The notes beneath the pieces are model-generated. The model was given only the letters and a program-made list of their open reading frames with translations. It ran no database searches and was not told where the DNA came from. 64,000 bases of DNA, taken from contig NC_068992.1 in assembly GCF_001194135.2 (NCBI RefSeq), positions 11,981,549 through 12,045,548 on the forward strand, in the 5' to 3' direction. This DNA is from Octopus bimaculoides (Eukaryota). The position numbers and the translations under genes are program-made. Below, in pieces: positions 13,161 through 24,681 of the stretch. The first letter of the stretch is position 1. The number at the start of each line of letters is the position of its first letter.

Positions 13161-13584
13161 ACACACACACTTTCTATGTGTGTGAGTGTGTTTGCAAATA
13201 CATACAAGTACGCATACGTACGTATAGAGAGAGTAAGATTAAGAAAGAGAGAGAGGAAGGCAAGGAGAAAGAGAGAGAGAGAAGTGGAGAATGAAAGAGA
13301 AATATGAAATTGTATTTAACAAAAGAAGCCCAACGAAATATTAATATTAAATATAAAAATAAAATTTTTAAAAACTAATACAAATAAAATGAATAAATAA
13401 ATGCTGTGTTTAAATTATTCATGGTCAGAGAGGAAAAATTCAAATGTAACTTAATATCAATAATTTGATATAAATTTGCTAATTATTGGTAATTTGATAC
13501 TAATTATCAATAGTTATCGATAATTATTGAAATTTACATCTTGACAAGAAAAAAGTGAATCAATATAAAATACAACCGCGCATA

Positions 13585-13638
<54 letters not shown>

Positions 13639-14199
13639 GGCACAAGGCATAACGTTACATCTGGCTATAGAAAATTGTTATATACTTAAAGTACTTAAAG
13701 TATCAAAGTACGTTCTCAAAACAGCTGGTCTTGAACAATTCGATATTATAATTCTATAATGCTCTGTCTCGATCGGTGAAGGCGTTTTTATCATCTCAGC
13801 CATCTTCCAATGCTTTCTATATATTCTAGTATAAAAGAAAAACAGCTGAAATTAAAAAGAAGAAAACAGAAAAATAGAACAAAATTAAAAATTCAGATGT
13901 CTTCTTAGAGTTGATGTTCATAGTTTTTAATCCCACACTGTCCATGACCGAGTGAACAGGACTAAGATTTAAAATTACGACCATCACAGCAACATTTCAT
14001 TTCGTAAGTAGGCTTATTGGTGGGCTCAGTTGACCCCGGCGTTGATTTTGCTGTTTCGTAGTTTTGTAAGGATTGCACTATTTCTTCATTGTTTGTCTAT
14101 TGACACGTACGTTTCCTTGATAATTTCTATTATATTAATCCTTGGACTGACAGTGATGCACGGATGTTGGGAGCATTGTCGGTTCGTGATAGATTCTAC

Positions 14200-14291
14200 A
14201 GGCATAGTAATGCCGTCTGCCGAGCAAGCACGAGAGCGCGCAGAGCAGCGAAATAGTCCGACACATGCCCGTACGGTGCGCAAAGGGTTAA
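14200..14291. mobile_element. Possible single piggyBac-like terminus (...GCGCAAAGGG|TTAA)
   Basis: A GC-rich island ends in AAAGGG directly followed by TTAA (14288-14291), as in piggyBac termini (TTAA-CCC). No partner end was found. Confidence 0.3.
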
Positions 14292-14579
14292 TCCCTAATT
14301 TGGCTAGGTTTGACTTAACTGATATCTGTATGGAGTGGAACAAACATACTGTAAATCATTCTTAATGTATGCAAAAAATGTTCTGAAAATCAATAGTCTT
14401 TATTGCCTTTTGTAGACTTCCTAGTAACTTCACGTGGACATTTCTTTGAGATGCAGGCCTGAGCAATATTTTTTGTGGAACTAGTAGTTGGTCAGTCATA
14501 CCTTTATCTCCTTTCCATGCTACCGATATTACACAATGGGAAACCAAGCCGATATACCTTGTTATTAATACTGTCACAG

Positions 14580-14672
14580 GTGCTGCCGTTAAAATGCAAA
14601 GAGCGAGAGCAGGTACTGCAAAGTCTCTTGGACGATACTCCAACAGCTTCGTTAATCAACGGACCTGAACTG
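14580..14672 (+). CDS. Candidate internal coding exon (93 nt, phase 0-0): VLPLKCKEREQVLQSLLDDTPTASLINGPEL
   Basis: Acceptor ...taatactgtcacAG and donor CTG|GTACGT. Only one frame is open. No recognisable homology. Confidence 0.25.
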
Positions 14673-14912
14673 GTACGTTTATATATCGATCCTAAAAGGA
14701 AGAAGTCAGTTGTGTTTGATCTTTTTTGCAGAAACTCGAAAAAAATAACTCTTTTTACTATAGCCACAAGGCCTGAAAGTTTTTAGAAGAGTTGGCTTAG
14801 GGGAGATTAGATCGGACCCTATTCTAAATCTATAATTCCGATATATATGTTAAGACACATTTTCTGAAAGCGTATATGAGCATAACAGGCTGTAGATGAA
14901 TGCACATGACTA

Positions 14913-14914
<2 letters not shown>

Positions 14915-14946
<32 letters not shown>

Positions 14947-14998
14947 CATGTATGTATGTATGTATGCATGTACGCATGTATGTATGTATGTGTGCGTG

Positions 14999-15057
<59 letters not shown>

Positions 15058-15075
15058 TTATCTATCTATATATCT
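14915..15075. repeat. (CTGT)n/(GTAT)n/(CTAT)n tetranucleotide compound microsatellite
   Basis: Direct read. Confidence 0.95.
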
Positions 15076-15549
15076 ATCTATATACACATCTATTTAGCCG
15101 TCTATCTATTTCTCTATATAATAGCTATTTATATACACATCCACACATACTTACATGCACGCACACTCACGCACACACACACACACACACACATACTCAC
15201 ACGCGCAAGCACAGACATATAAGGGAGTGGCAAAATGTCTTTGTGTACACGTAAGTATGGAGTATAAACGTGAGTGTGTACACAAAATAGAAATAAGAAG
15301 ATTAAAGACCAGAGTGTTTTTAAGTTATAAAAAAAAAAGGAAAAAGAAACAAAATAACAAAGCAAAAGATATAAACAAATTGTGCCCGCATTACACAACA
15401 TAGATATAAAAATCATCCTCGCTTTGACTAATGGTATTTCAGCTAAATTTAGCAGTGAATAATAATTTCGCGTTCTCTCTACCAGAAATTCTATACCGAC
15501 ATGTGCGTAATAATAATATAATATAGTACAATGTAATAATAACAACAAC

Positions 15550-15600
<51 letters not shown>

Positions 15601-16479
15601 CGTATAAACGTATGTATATATACAAATATAAATACATACGTATGCAAACATATACTTGCATATACTGTATGTATATATATATATATACACACATATCACT
15701 TAGGTATTGCGAGACTAATAANNNNNNNNNNNNNNNNNNNNNNNNNNNNNNNNNNNNNNNNNNNNNNNNNNNNNNNNNNNNNNNNNNNNNNNNNNNNNNN
15801 NNNNNNNNNNNNNNNNNNNNNNNNNNNNNNNNNNNNNNNNNNNNNNNNNNNNNNNNNNNNNNNNNNNNNNNNNNNNNNNNNNNNNNNNNNNNNNNNNNNN
15901 NNNNNNNNNNNNNNNNNNNNNNNNNNNNNNNNNNNNNNNNNNNNNNNNNNNNNNNNNNNNNNNNNNNNNNNNNNNNNNNNNNNNNNNNNNNNNNNNNNNN
16001 NNNNNNNNNNNNNNNNNNNNNNNNNNNNNNNNNNNNNNNNNNNNNNNNNNNNNNNNNNNNNNNNNNNNNNNNNNNNNNNNNNNNNNNNNNNNNNNNNNNN
16101 NNNNNNNNNNNNNNNNNNNNNNNNNNNNNNNNNNNNNNNNNNNNNNNNNNNNNNNNNNNNNNNNNNNNNNNNNNNNNNNNNNNNNNNNNNNNNNNNNNNN
16201 NNNNNNNNNNNNNNNNNNNNTATATATGTATATATATATATATACACACATATCACTTAGGTATTGCGAGACTAATAACCTATAATTCTATTTCCAAAAC
16301 TGCACTTCATATTAGACGCTCCGGATGAAGCTATAGGATGTTATTCAGGCACTCAGTGAGTAGTCCACCGCATCTTATCACAGAAACAGCTGTAAGCTAA
16401 TGAAGTTCATAACATAATCATCGTTTCCTTTTTGTCATCTATTTTGCCATAGATATGTAAAGCGTCAGACAGAATGCCT

Positions 16480-16590
16480 TGCAGTATTTGTTGTAACTCG
16501 CGTCGCACCCTGTTCAAATCCCACCGAGGTCAGATTTACCCTTCACCTTTAGTTTTGAATATTCGGATTTCCAGTTCCCCCTCGAGACCG
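16480..16590 (+). mobile_element. SINE family B, degenerate fragment
   Basis: ctgttcaaatcccaccgaggtcagatttacccttcacctttt resembles gagttcatattccgccgaggtcgactttgcctttcatccttt of the 46648 copy. Confidence 0.6.
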
Positions 16591-16822
16591 ATGTCATTTC
16601 TCTTTGGATTTGCGACCGAGAGATTAATTACAAATATACAGAGGAGTGAATCACAAATAGAAACGTAACTTCCTTGGTTCGATCGGAAGATACACTACCA
16701 TCACTCCTATTTCTACCTACGCACACACACACATACGCGCATTTCAAATCAATTAAAAGGTGGAGTTTTTGCCTTTTAGATGCCCCATGGCAGATAATAT
16801 GCAGACACAAGAAATCAAATGA

Positions 16823-17231
16823 AATACAGACGACGATTTAGAAATTGCTGGGTTTCTAAATGTTGCAAGATGAGTTCTACACGAAATTGGGGTGAAACTG
16901 AAAGCCTCCAAAGAAAATGCTTCAACTGTATCAAAGAAACACAAAGGTCATTCTAAACGTTCGGACACGATGAGCATATGACAGTTTATTCAAATCGTTC
17001 TAAACGTTATCGTTGATTATCCTAGAAAATCAATGAAAACCATAGCAAGGAACTTCAGATATCGGAGTGGACTATTAGAACTCTAGTGCACAAGGACATT
17101 CGTATGTACTGAGGAGTGGCCAATTCATATTTTCAATGACACAGGAAGACCGTTTGATCGGTGCTATGCGAGTACTTAAAACAAATTTTTAAACTTTCAC
17201 GAACACGACTTGCTTTTTCTCCGATGAGAAA
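16823..17231 (+). pseudogene. Decayed Tc1/mariner transposase, N-terminal half (maT/DD37D-like)
   Basis: NTDDDLEIAGFLNVAR*VLHEIGVKLKASKENASTVSKKHKGHSKRSD...QFIQIVLNVIVDYPRKSMKTIAR(fs)ELQISEWTIRTLVHKDIR...VLRSGQF...SDEK. This gives two HTH regions and the F(S/T)DEK first catalytic Asp typical of maT-like transposases. Confidence 0.8.
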
Positions 17232-17493
17232 TCCTGCAGTGGACCAGCGGGTGCCTGGGTTAACGATATTAATCGCGTAAATGTTCACGTAAATGTTCAT
17301 CACAATTGTTTACTGTTTTCCGGCAGTGTTAAGCGGTTCGGCGTATCTAAACTTTGCGATATGATTCCCCGTGTGTGATATGAAAATGCAAATTTACGAT
17401 ATCGATTTATCTCTCTCTATATATATATGTACACACACATCTCTCTCTCTATATATGTATATACATGTATGTATGTATGTATGTATATATATG

Positions 17494-17536
<43 letters not shown>

Positions 17537-18742
17537 NNNNNNNNNNNNNNNNNNNNNNNNNNNNNNNNNNNNNNNNNNNNNNNNNNNNNNNNNNNNNNNN
17601 NNNNNNNNNNNNNNNNNNNNNNNNNNNNNNNNNNNNNNNNNNNNNNNNNNNNNNNNNNNNNNNNNNNNNNNNNNNNNNNNNNNNNNNNNNNNNNNNNNNN
17701 NNNNNNNNNNNNNNNNNNNNNNNNNNNNNNNNNNNNNNNNNNNNNNNNNNNNNNNNNNNNNNNNNNNNNNNNNNNNNNNNNNNNNNNNNNNNNNNNNNNN
17801 NNNNNNNNNNNNNNNNNNNNNNNNNNNNNNNNNNNNNNNNNNNNNNNNNNNNNNNNNNNNNNNNNNNNNNNATATATATATATATATATAATGCATGCAT
17901 TGCTACCATCCAATAGATTATGGCCATCCCGACTAAATCGACCAACGTACATATTTTTAAAACTGACGCTTATTTTATCAACCTGATTATAACAAACCGC
18001 GAAGTGACAGCAATATAGAGAAATCTATTCCAGTAGCCAGTTAATAAGAGGAACACACAATGGTACACAAACACACTTATAATTATACGTGTATAATTAT
18101 ATAAAATGAAGAAATATATACAACATATCTACGTATAGGTGTATCATATCTATATATGGATTTATGCGCGCGTGTGTGTGCTGTGTGTGTGCGCGTGTAT
18201 ATGCATATATGTATGTGTGTGTGTGTATAAGTGTGTAAGTTTAAAAGAAAACAGCCGAGATTATAACAATTTAGGAATAGGGACGTGAAGGTAATATATG
18301 TGTGTGTGTGTATGTGTATGCGTGTGTAGACATACAAACGTATTTATATTATATATGCGTGTTTGTGTGTGTGTTTGTGTGTTTGTGTGTGTCTGTGAGT
18401 GTGTGTCTGCGTGTACACACACAGAAACATATTTATATTACATATATGTATGTATATGCATGTTTTTTTTATGTATGTATGTATGTCTGTATGCGTGTGT
18501 ATATACATATGTGTGTATGTTCATGTGTGTGAATGTGTGAGAACATGTATATAAATATATATCTGTAATATGTATATAAATATTTCTATTTATATGTTAT
18601 ATGTATGTATATTTGTAGTTATATATATATATATATATATATATACAAACATATTTTGTTTGTATATATGTATTTGTATGTATATATGTGTGTGTTCTAC
18701 GTCTATATATTTATGTGTGTGCGTGCGTGTGCGCGTCCGTGT

Positions 18743-18778
<36 letters not shown>

Positions 18779-19811
18779 GTGTACATATATATAAACATAT
18801 GTATTTATGCATGTCTCTGTGTTGCAGGATACAACATCAAGGGTTATAATAATGTGGATATAGGGATGAGAATAAAAAAAAACTACAAAACATTAAAAAA
18901 ATAATAATATTAAAAAAGAAGAACATCAACAGACAAATAAACAAATAAGGTAGCAAATAAATGATAGTTATTATCATTTAAGCCATTACCGTTCCATCAA
19001 AATAGCAACACTGTCAGCATAGTCACCTTGGCAAATATCACCGCCATTGCATCAAACGCTGTGGCGTCGACATCTTACAGCACAACAACAAATATCTCCA
19101 CAACCACTACCCTACTAAAGCCATCGCTTTTACTACAGTCGCTTATACCTTTACTATCATCATTATTATTATAAACAGGAGAAATATTCACTGAAACATC
19201 ACGAGTTGTTTCAATGTCTTCTACTACCACACTCTACTACCTTCGTCACAAGCATTACCCCCTACGCTATGAACACCACCACATCCAAAACCACCACCAC
19301 CAACAACAACAACACGAACATGATCATCACACCACCACCACTACTAACAACAAACAAACAAACAGACAAACAAACCACAAAAGATAGAAACACAAGAACA
19401 TCAATAATAAAGTATTATTATCATGCGAAAATAGAACGACAACATTTACTATTCACAAAACATATAATGGCGTCAGTCCAACCAACAATTTCTTTGGCAG
19501 CCATTTTTTTTTCCAAATTTTCCATTGCATCGTATTGCATTAAACTTGTTCCTTTCAAATAATTGGATCGTACATTTTTTTTGTTCTCCAAATGGAAGAT
19601 TTCAAGAAATGGTGAGATAATAATGGTGGTAGTGGTGTTTTCGTTTCATTGGGCGATGCTATCATGACAAATTAAACTATACAAATACACACTTTCTACC
19701 TTGATGGATATATTGATAACTTTACAGTACGATATATGTATATGTATATAAGCACATATATACACACACACATACAGACAGAGACACACCGACACACACA
19801 CACACACACCC

Positions 19812-19842
<31 letters not shown>

Positions 19843-20132
19843 AATACATACATGTATATAAACACTTATACATACATACATATAATATATATTGAATATA
19901 TATTAATAAAATGTACGTATAGACACACATAGATAGATAGATAGATAGACAGACATACGTTTACAAGTACTCATGCTCATACGTGGCGTATGCTAAAGCA
20001 AAAAGTTTGCATATGTGTATATGTGTGCGAATAAATATTTGATTCCTAAATATATGTATACTTCTACCTCAATGTGAAACTTTCTCTTTCTCGCCGTCTC
20101 TCTCACTGTCTCACTTCCCCTCTCTGTAACTC

Positions 20133-20178
<46 letters not shown>

Positions 20179-20533
20179 NNNNNNNNNNNNNNNNNNNNNN
20201 NNNNNNNNNNNNNNNNNNNNNNNNNNNNNNNNNNNNNNNNNNNNNNNNNNNNNNNNNNNNNNNNNNNNNNNNNNNNNNNNNNNNNNNNNNNNNNNNNNNN
20301 NNNNNNNNNNNNNNNNNNNNNNNNNNNNNNNNNNNNNNNNNNNNNNNNNNNNNNNNNNNNNNNNNNNNNNNNNNNNNNNNNNNNNNNNNNNNNNNNNNNN
20401 NNNNNNNNNNNNNNNNNNNNNNNNNNNNNNNNNNNNNNNNNNNNNNNNNNNNNNNNNNNNNNNNNNNNNNNNNNNNNNNNNNNNNNNNNNNNNNNNNNNN
20501 NNNNNNNNNNNNNNNNNNNNNNNNNNNNNNNNN

Positions 20534-20565
<32 letters not shown>

Positions 20566-21006
20566 TGTATATACATGAATTGTATATGTGTGTGTGTGTT
20601 TGTGTATGTGTGTGTATGCGTATATAAACATGTTATATCCCATATGTTGACGTATATAAATTTATATATACTTATATGTATACCCGTATGTATCAGATAT
20701 TGTGGTTGTGTGTATGTGTGTATATGTCTCAGACCATTTCAAGGTGACATCGATTCATGTTGTTAGCAAATTTGCTAGTTTCATACTCTAACGAGACATA
20801 AGCGAGCCTGTGTGCTTGTATGATTGTGCCTATGTGAGCGTGCTTGAGTATGACTACTTGTGCGAGCTTGTGTATTTGTGTAAATGTATATACATACACA
20901 GATATACACACACAGATAGAGTATGAGTGAATAGAGGACAAACCAGCTCTCTCATTATGTGTATTGGCATTAGTTTAGCTACTTGCACAGGTTGTACTGC
21001 AGCCAT

Positions 21007-21045
<39 letters not shown>

Positions 21046-21533
21046 NNNNNNNNNNNNNNNNNNNNNNNNNNNNNNNNNNNNNNNNNNNNNNNNNNNNNNN
21101 NNNNNNNNNNNNNNNNNNNNNNNNNNNNNNNNNNNNNNNNNNNNNNNNNNNNNNNNNNNNNNNNNNNNNNNNNNNNNNNNNNNNNNNNNNNNNNNNNNNN
21201 NNNNNNNNNNNNNNNNNNNNNNNNNNNNNNNNNNNNNNNNNNNNNNNNNNNNNNNNNNNNNNNNNNNNNNNNNNNNNNNNNNNNNNNNNNNNNNNNNNNN
21301 NNNNNNNNNNNNNNNNNNNNNNNNNNNNNNNNNNNNNNNNNNNNNNNNNNNNNNNNNNNNNNNNNNNNNNNNNNNNNNNNNNNNNNNNNNNNNNNNNNNN
21401 NNNNNNNNNNNNNNNNNNNNNNNNNNNNNNNNNNNNNNNNNNNNNNNNNNNNNNNNNNNNNNNNNNNNNNNNNNNNNNNNNNNNNNNNNNNNNNNNNNNN
21501 NNNNNNNNNNNNNNNNNNNNNNNNNNNNNNNNN

Positions 21534-21585
<52 letters not shown>

Positions 21586-21589
21586 GAAC

Positions 21590-21820
21590 CAATCTCAAAA
21601 TCCACGACGTTCCTCAATAATGCAGTTTTCTGGGCATGTTCTAACCTCATCAATTCCTTCCACTTTCTTCGATATATTAATATTTCTCAAAGCTCCTTTT
21701 TTTAGTGCTCCTTTTTTTAGTGCTCCCAGTGCCCCTAGAACTACTTGGATGATAGTTATTCTCTTCGTTGCCCACATTTGTGCAATTACATATTTTGTTA
21801 TTTCGTACTTTTCAGTCCGT
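21590..21820 (-). mobile_element. R4/Dong-clade non-LTR retrotransposon, C-terminal (RLE-region) fragment, decayed
   Basis: Minus strand: YVIAQMWATKRITIIQVVLGALGAL...GID(fs)MRLEHAQKTALL...RNVVDF. Same motif order as 32120-32353 (W...IPIIVGALG...IQKIALLGTAHILRKTL). Confidence 0.7.
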
Positions 21821-22381
21821 GTTTAAATCCCCCTTAAGTCAGCGTTGACTCTTATGCTTCTGGGGGTATATAAAGTAAAATGCCAGCAAAGTTTTTGAAT
21901 TTGGTTAGCAAGATTCTTTATATGAATTCGTATATTGCAACATATTTTCTTTGTCTCAGTAGGAACATTATGCCAACAATAAACATACGCACTGGTTCTG
22001 TTTCTCTCAGTATCATTAGTCAATTAGTTAACATTTAAACGGTTAATTAATGGATTATTTTACTAATCAACCCATCAGTTAGATTTGTCAAAGCCTTTCC
22101 GTTAATATTCGCAACCAATTCAATGACATATCCTCCCTATTTTTTATTTGAAGGATCGAACGATTAATGAAACAAGTGTTTAGTTAATTGGTGAAATGTT
22201 TAACAAATTGACTACTACTAACAAAAGAAGTAAACATAACCAGCGTGCGTGCATGAGTGTGTTTATTGGAATACTGGCCCTCTCAAAATACAACAAAACA
22301 TTAGTAAATTATTGATGTCGATGTAATCGAATAGACGCCACCCTCTTCCGAATTTAATAGCCTGTGCCTACGACAGAAGCA

Positions 22382-22450
<69 letters not shown>
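22382..22450. repeat. (ATT)n microsatellite
   Basis: Direct read. Confidence 0.95.
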
Positions 22451-22777
22451 GCAGCTCTTGCCTTTGTCGCTGTGTGTGCCCTTCACGTTGGTGATGACTG
22501 TTTTCTTGTTTTTGCTGTGGTTGCCTTTGCAGTGGAGATATTCGCATGATGGTTATTTTGATGGCGTTTTCATGACGCCGCTCTTTAATCTGCCTATGCT
22601 AACATGCTGTTCTTCTTTGAGATAGAAAAGTCCTACAATTCCAGGTATAGTAAGTCAGTATGATAACGAAATAATCGGGTTATGTTCACAAACTATTCAG
22701 CATCATGGTAAAAACACAGAAGGGAATCGGTTGTTTTGAATTTGTTTTTCATATTTTCCACCATTCTATTTATTCAG

Positions 22778-22878
22778 AAGGGAGATCCTCGTCATAAACA
22801 GCGGACAATAAGCGAAGAGAGCAATATGGCGTCTGTTTGGATATTTTTCATGTTATGGGGATCTATTAGCTCAAGAAC
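22778..22878 (+). CDS. Candidate exon (101 nt): KGDPRHKQRTISEESNMASVWIFFMLWGSISSR
   Basis: Pyrimidine-rich acceptor ...ccattctatttattcAG and donor AAC|GTATGT. Open frame with an internal ATG (22826) in good context, followed by a hydrophobic stretch. No recognisable homology. Confidence 0.25.
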
Positions 22879-23124
22879 GTATGTAAATAGATACACTTAA
22901 GCGTTAGTGTCCCCGCCAATGTCGGTTTCATTGCTTGCGTTAATGTTTGTGGGAGCCATAAAGGAGTGTGTTTGTGTGTGTGTGAGTGTATGTGTGTGTT
23001 TGCGCTTGTGAGTGTGTGTATGTATGTGTGTGTGTGTGCATATCTGTGCATGTGTCCATGCGTGTTCGCCTGTAGTTTGACCTGCATTTGCTTAGAGCAT
23101 TATTATTTACTAAGAATTGAAGCC

Positions 23125-23156
23125 ATTATTATTATTATTATGACTATGGTTATTAT

Positions 23157-23190
<34 letters not shown>

Positions 23191-23197
23191 GCTGCTG

Positions 23198-23242
<45 letters not shown>

Positions 23243-23286
23243 ATAATAATAATAATAATAATACTGCTGCTGCTGCAACAGCAATA

Positions 23287-23328
<42 letters not shown>

Positions 23329-23347
23329 GCTACTGCTGCTGCTGCTA
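23125..23347. repeat. Compound trinucleotide array (ATT/CTA/CTG/TAA)
   Basis: Direct read. Confidence 0.95.
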
Positions 23348-23763
23348 TTCTCTCTGTGTCTCTGTGTCTCTGTATAAATATATATACATTCGCATGTATG
23401 TAGTTACGTTTGCTTCTGTGTGCTTATGTGTATGCGACGCGTGTGTATGCGTGCGTATCCGAGCGTGAACGTGTGCGTGTGTAGGTGTGTGTGCGTGTGT
23501 AGGTGTGCGTGCGTGTGTGTTTGCGTACATGTGTGTGTATTTAGGCATGCGCGCGTATACACTTAAGTTACTAGCATTTTTCATTACCACTAAAAGAAGA
23601 CGGTCTTTCTTCGTTGGTGGCAAGGGAGGAATATATATTTTGGTTTCTTGGACTTTTTCAGCACCATATAATCTCAAATGTCGCCAGAAAACCAGTTCGC
23701 CTTTTTTTTGTTGCATGTCAATTAAGGTTGGGTATTCGTAATTTCTTGAGTCATCTCTACTTA

Positions 23764-23853
<90 letters not shown>

Positions 23854-23890
23854 TTATATATATATAGTTCAATATATTAAATAATGTAAT

Positions 23891-24066
23891 ATAAAAACAA
23901 AAGACGAAGACAGGTGTATGAACAACGAGCAAGTGTATTAGTTTGACGCTCGGGTAGAATGAAAAAGTTTTTTTTATGTTTCGAGCCCACGCTCTTCAAC
24001 AGAAAGGAATAAGAGAAAACAGAGAGAGAATATGAAAAACTTGTAGATTTCAGCGGTCCAGCATGG
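23891..24066 (-). mobile_element. Penelope-like element terminal (pseudo-LTR) fragment, copy 1
   Basis: Shares aaacaaaagacgaagacaggt...tgtattagt...gtttcgagcc-acgctcttc-acagaaag with 33994-34125. The PLE assignment is inferred from the hammerhead-like motif. Confidence 0.55.
23971..24006 (-). ncRNA. Hammerhead-ribozyme-like motif, degenerate (type I minimal layout)
   Basis: Minus strand: CTTT CTGTTGA A GAGC GTGG GCTC GAAA CAT A AAAA. Confidence 0.35.
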
Positions 24067-24618
24067 CGAATATACATACACACACATACACATGTGTGTG
24101 TATGGCTTTTCCATGACGCCGCTGTTTAGTGCGTGTTATTGGAGAATCGGTTTAATTGTTAATTATACTTACCTGAATGTTTTTTTTTTTTGGCGGGGGC
24201 ACGTGAGAAGTTTTGAATATTGATACTTATATAAATATGTTCAAGCATGTGAATATGTATCTGTTTTTCCTTATGTTAGCATATTACTATATTTATTTCA
24301 TTATTATTATTGTTATTTTATTTTTAATTTTTATCTATTTATTTGCTAAATCAATGTTTTCGTGTGGCTTCTAGAAACTAGATTCACCTTCGTATGTATA
24401 TATGCAGGTGTGTTTGTATGGGCGTGTGTGTGTTCATGTGTGTATGTGTGTGTGCGCCTGCGTGTGTGTGTATGTTTATACATATGTAAGTAATATTCAT
24501 GTTGCATGTATAATTTATATGGACGCTAGAATGACCAGTATGTTGCTTGATTGGCTATGGCTACACATTAATGAAATTTATGTTAATGTCACATTGTTTG
24601 TGTAGCTATGAGAGTATA

Positions 24619-24681
<63 letters not shown>

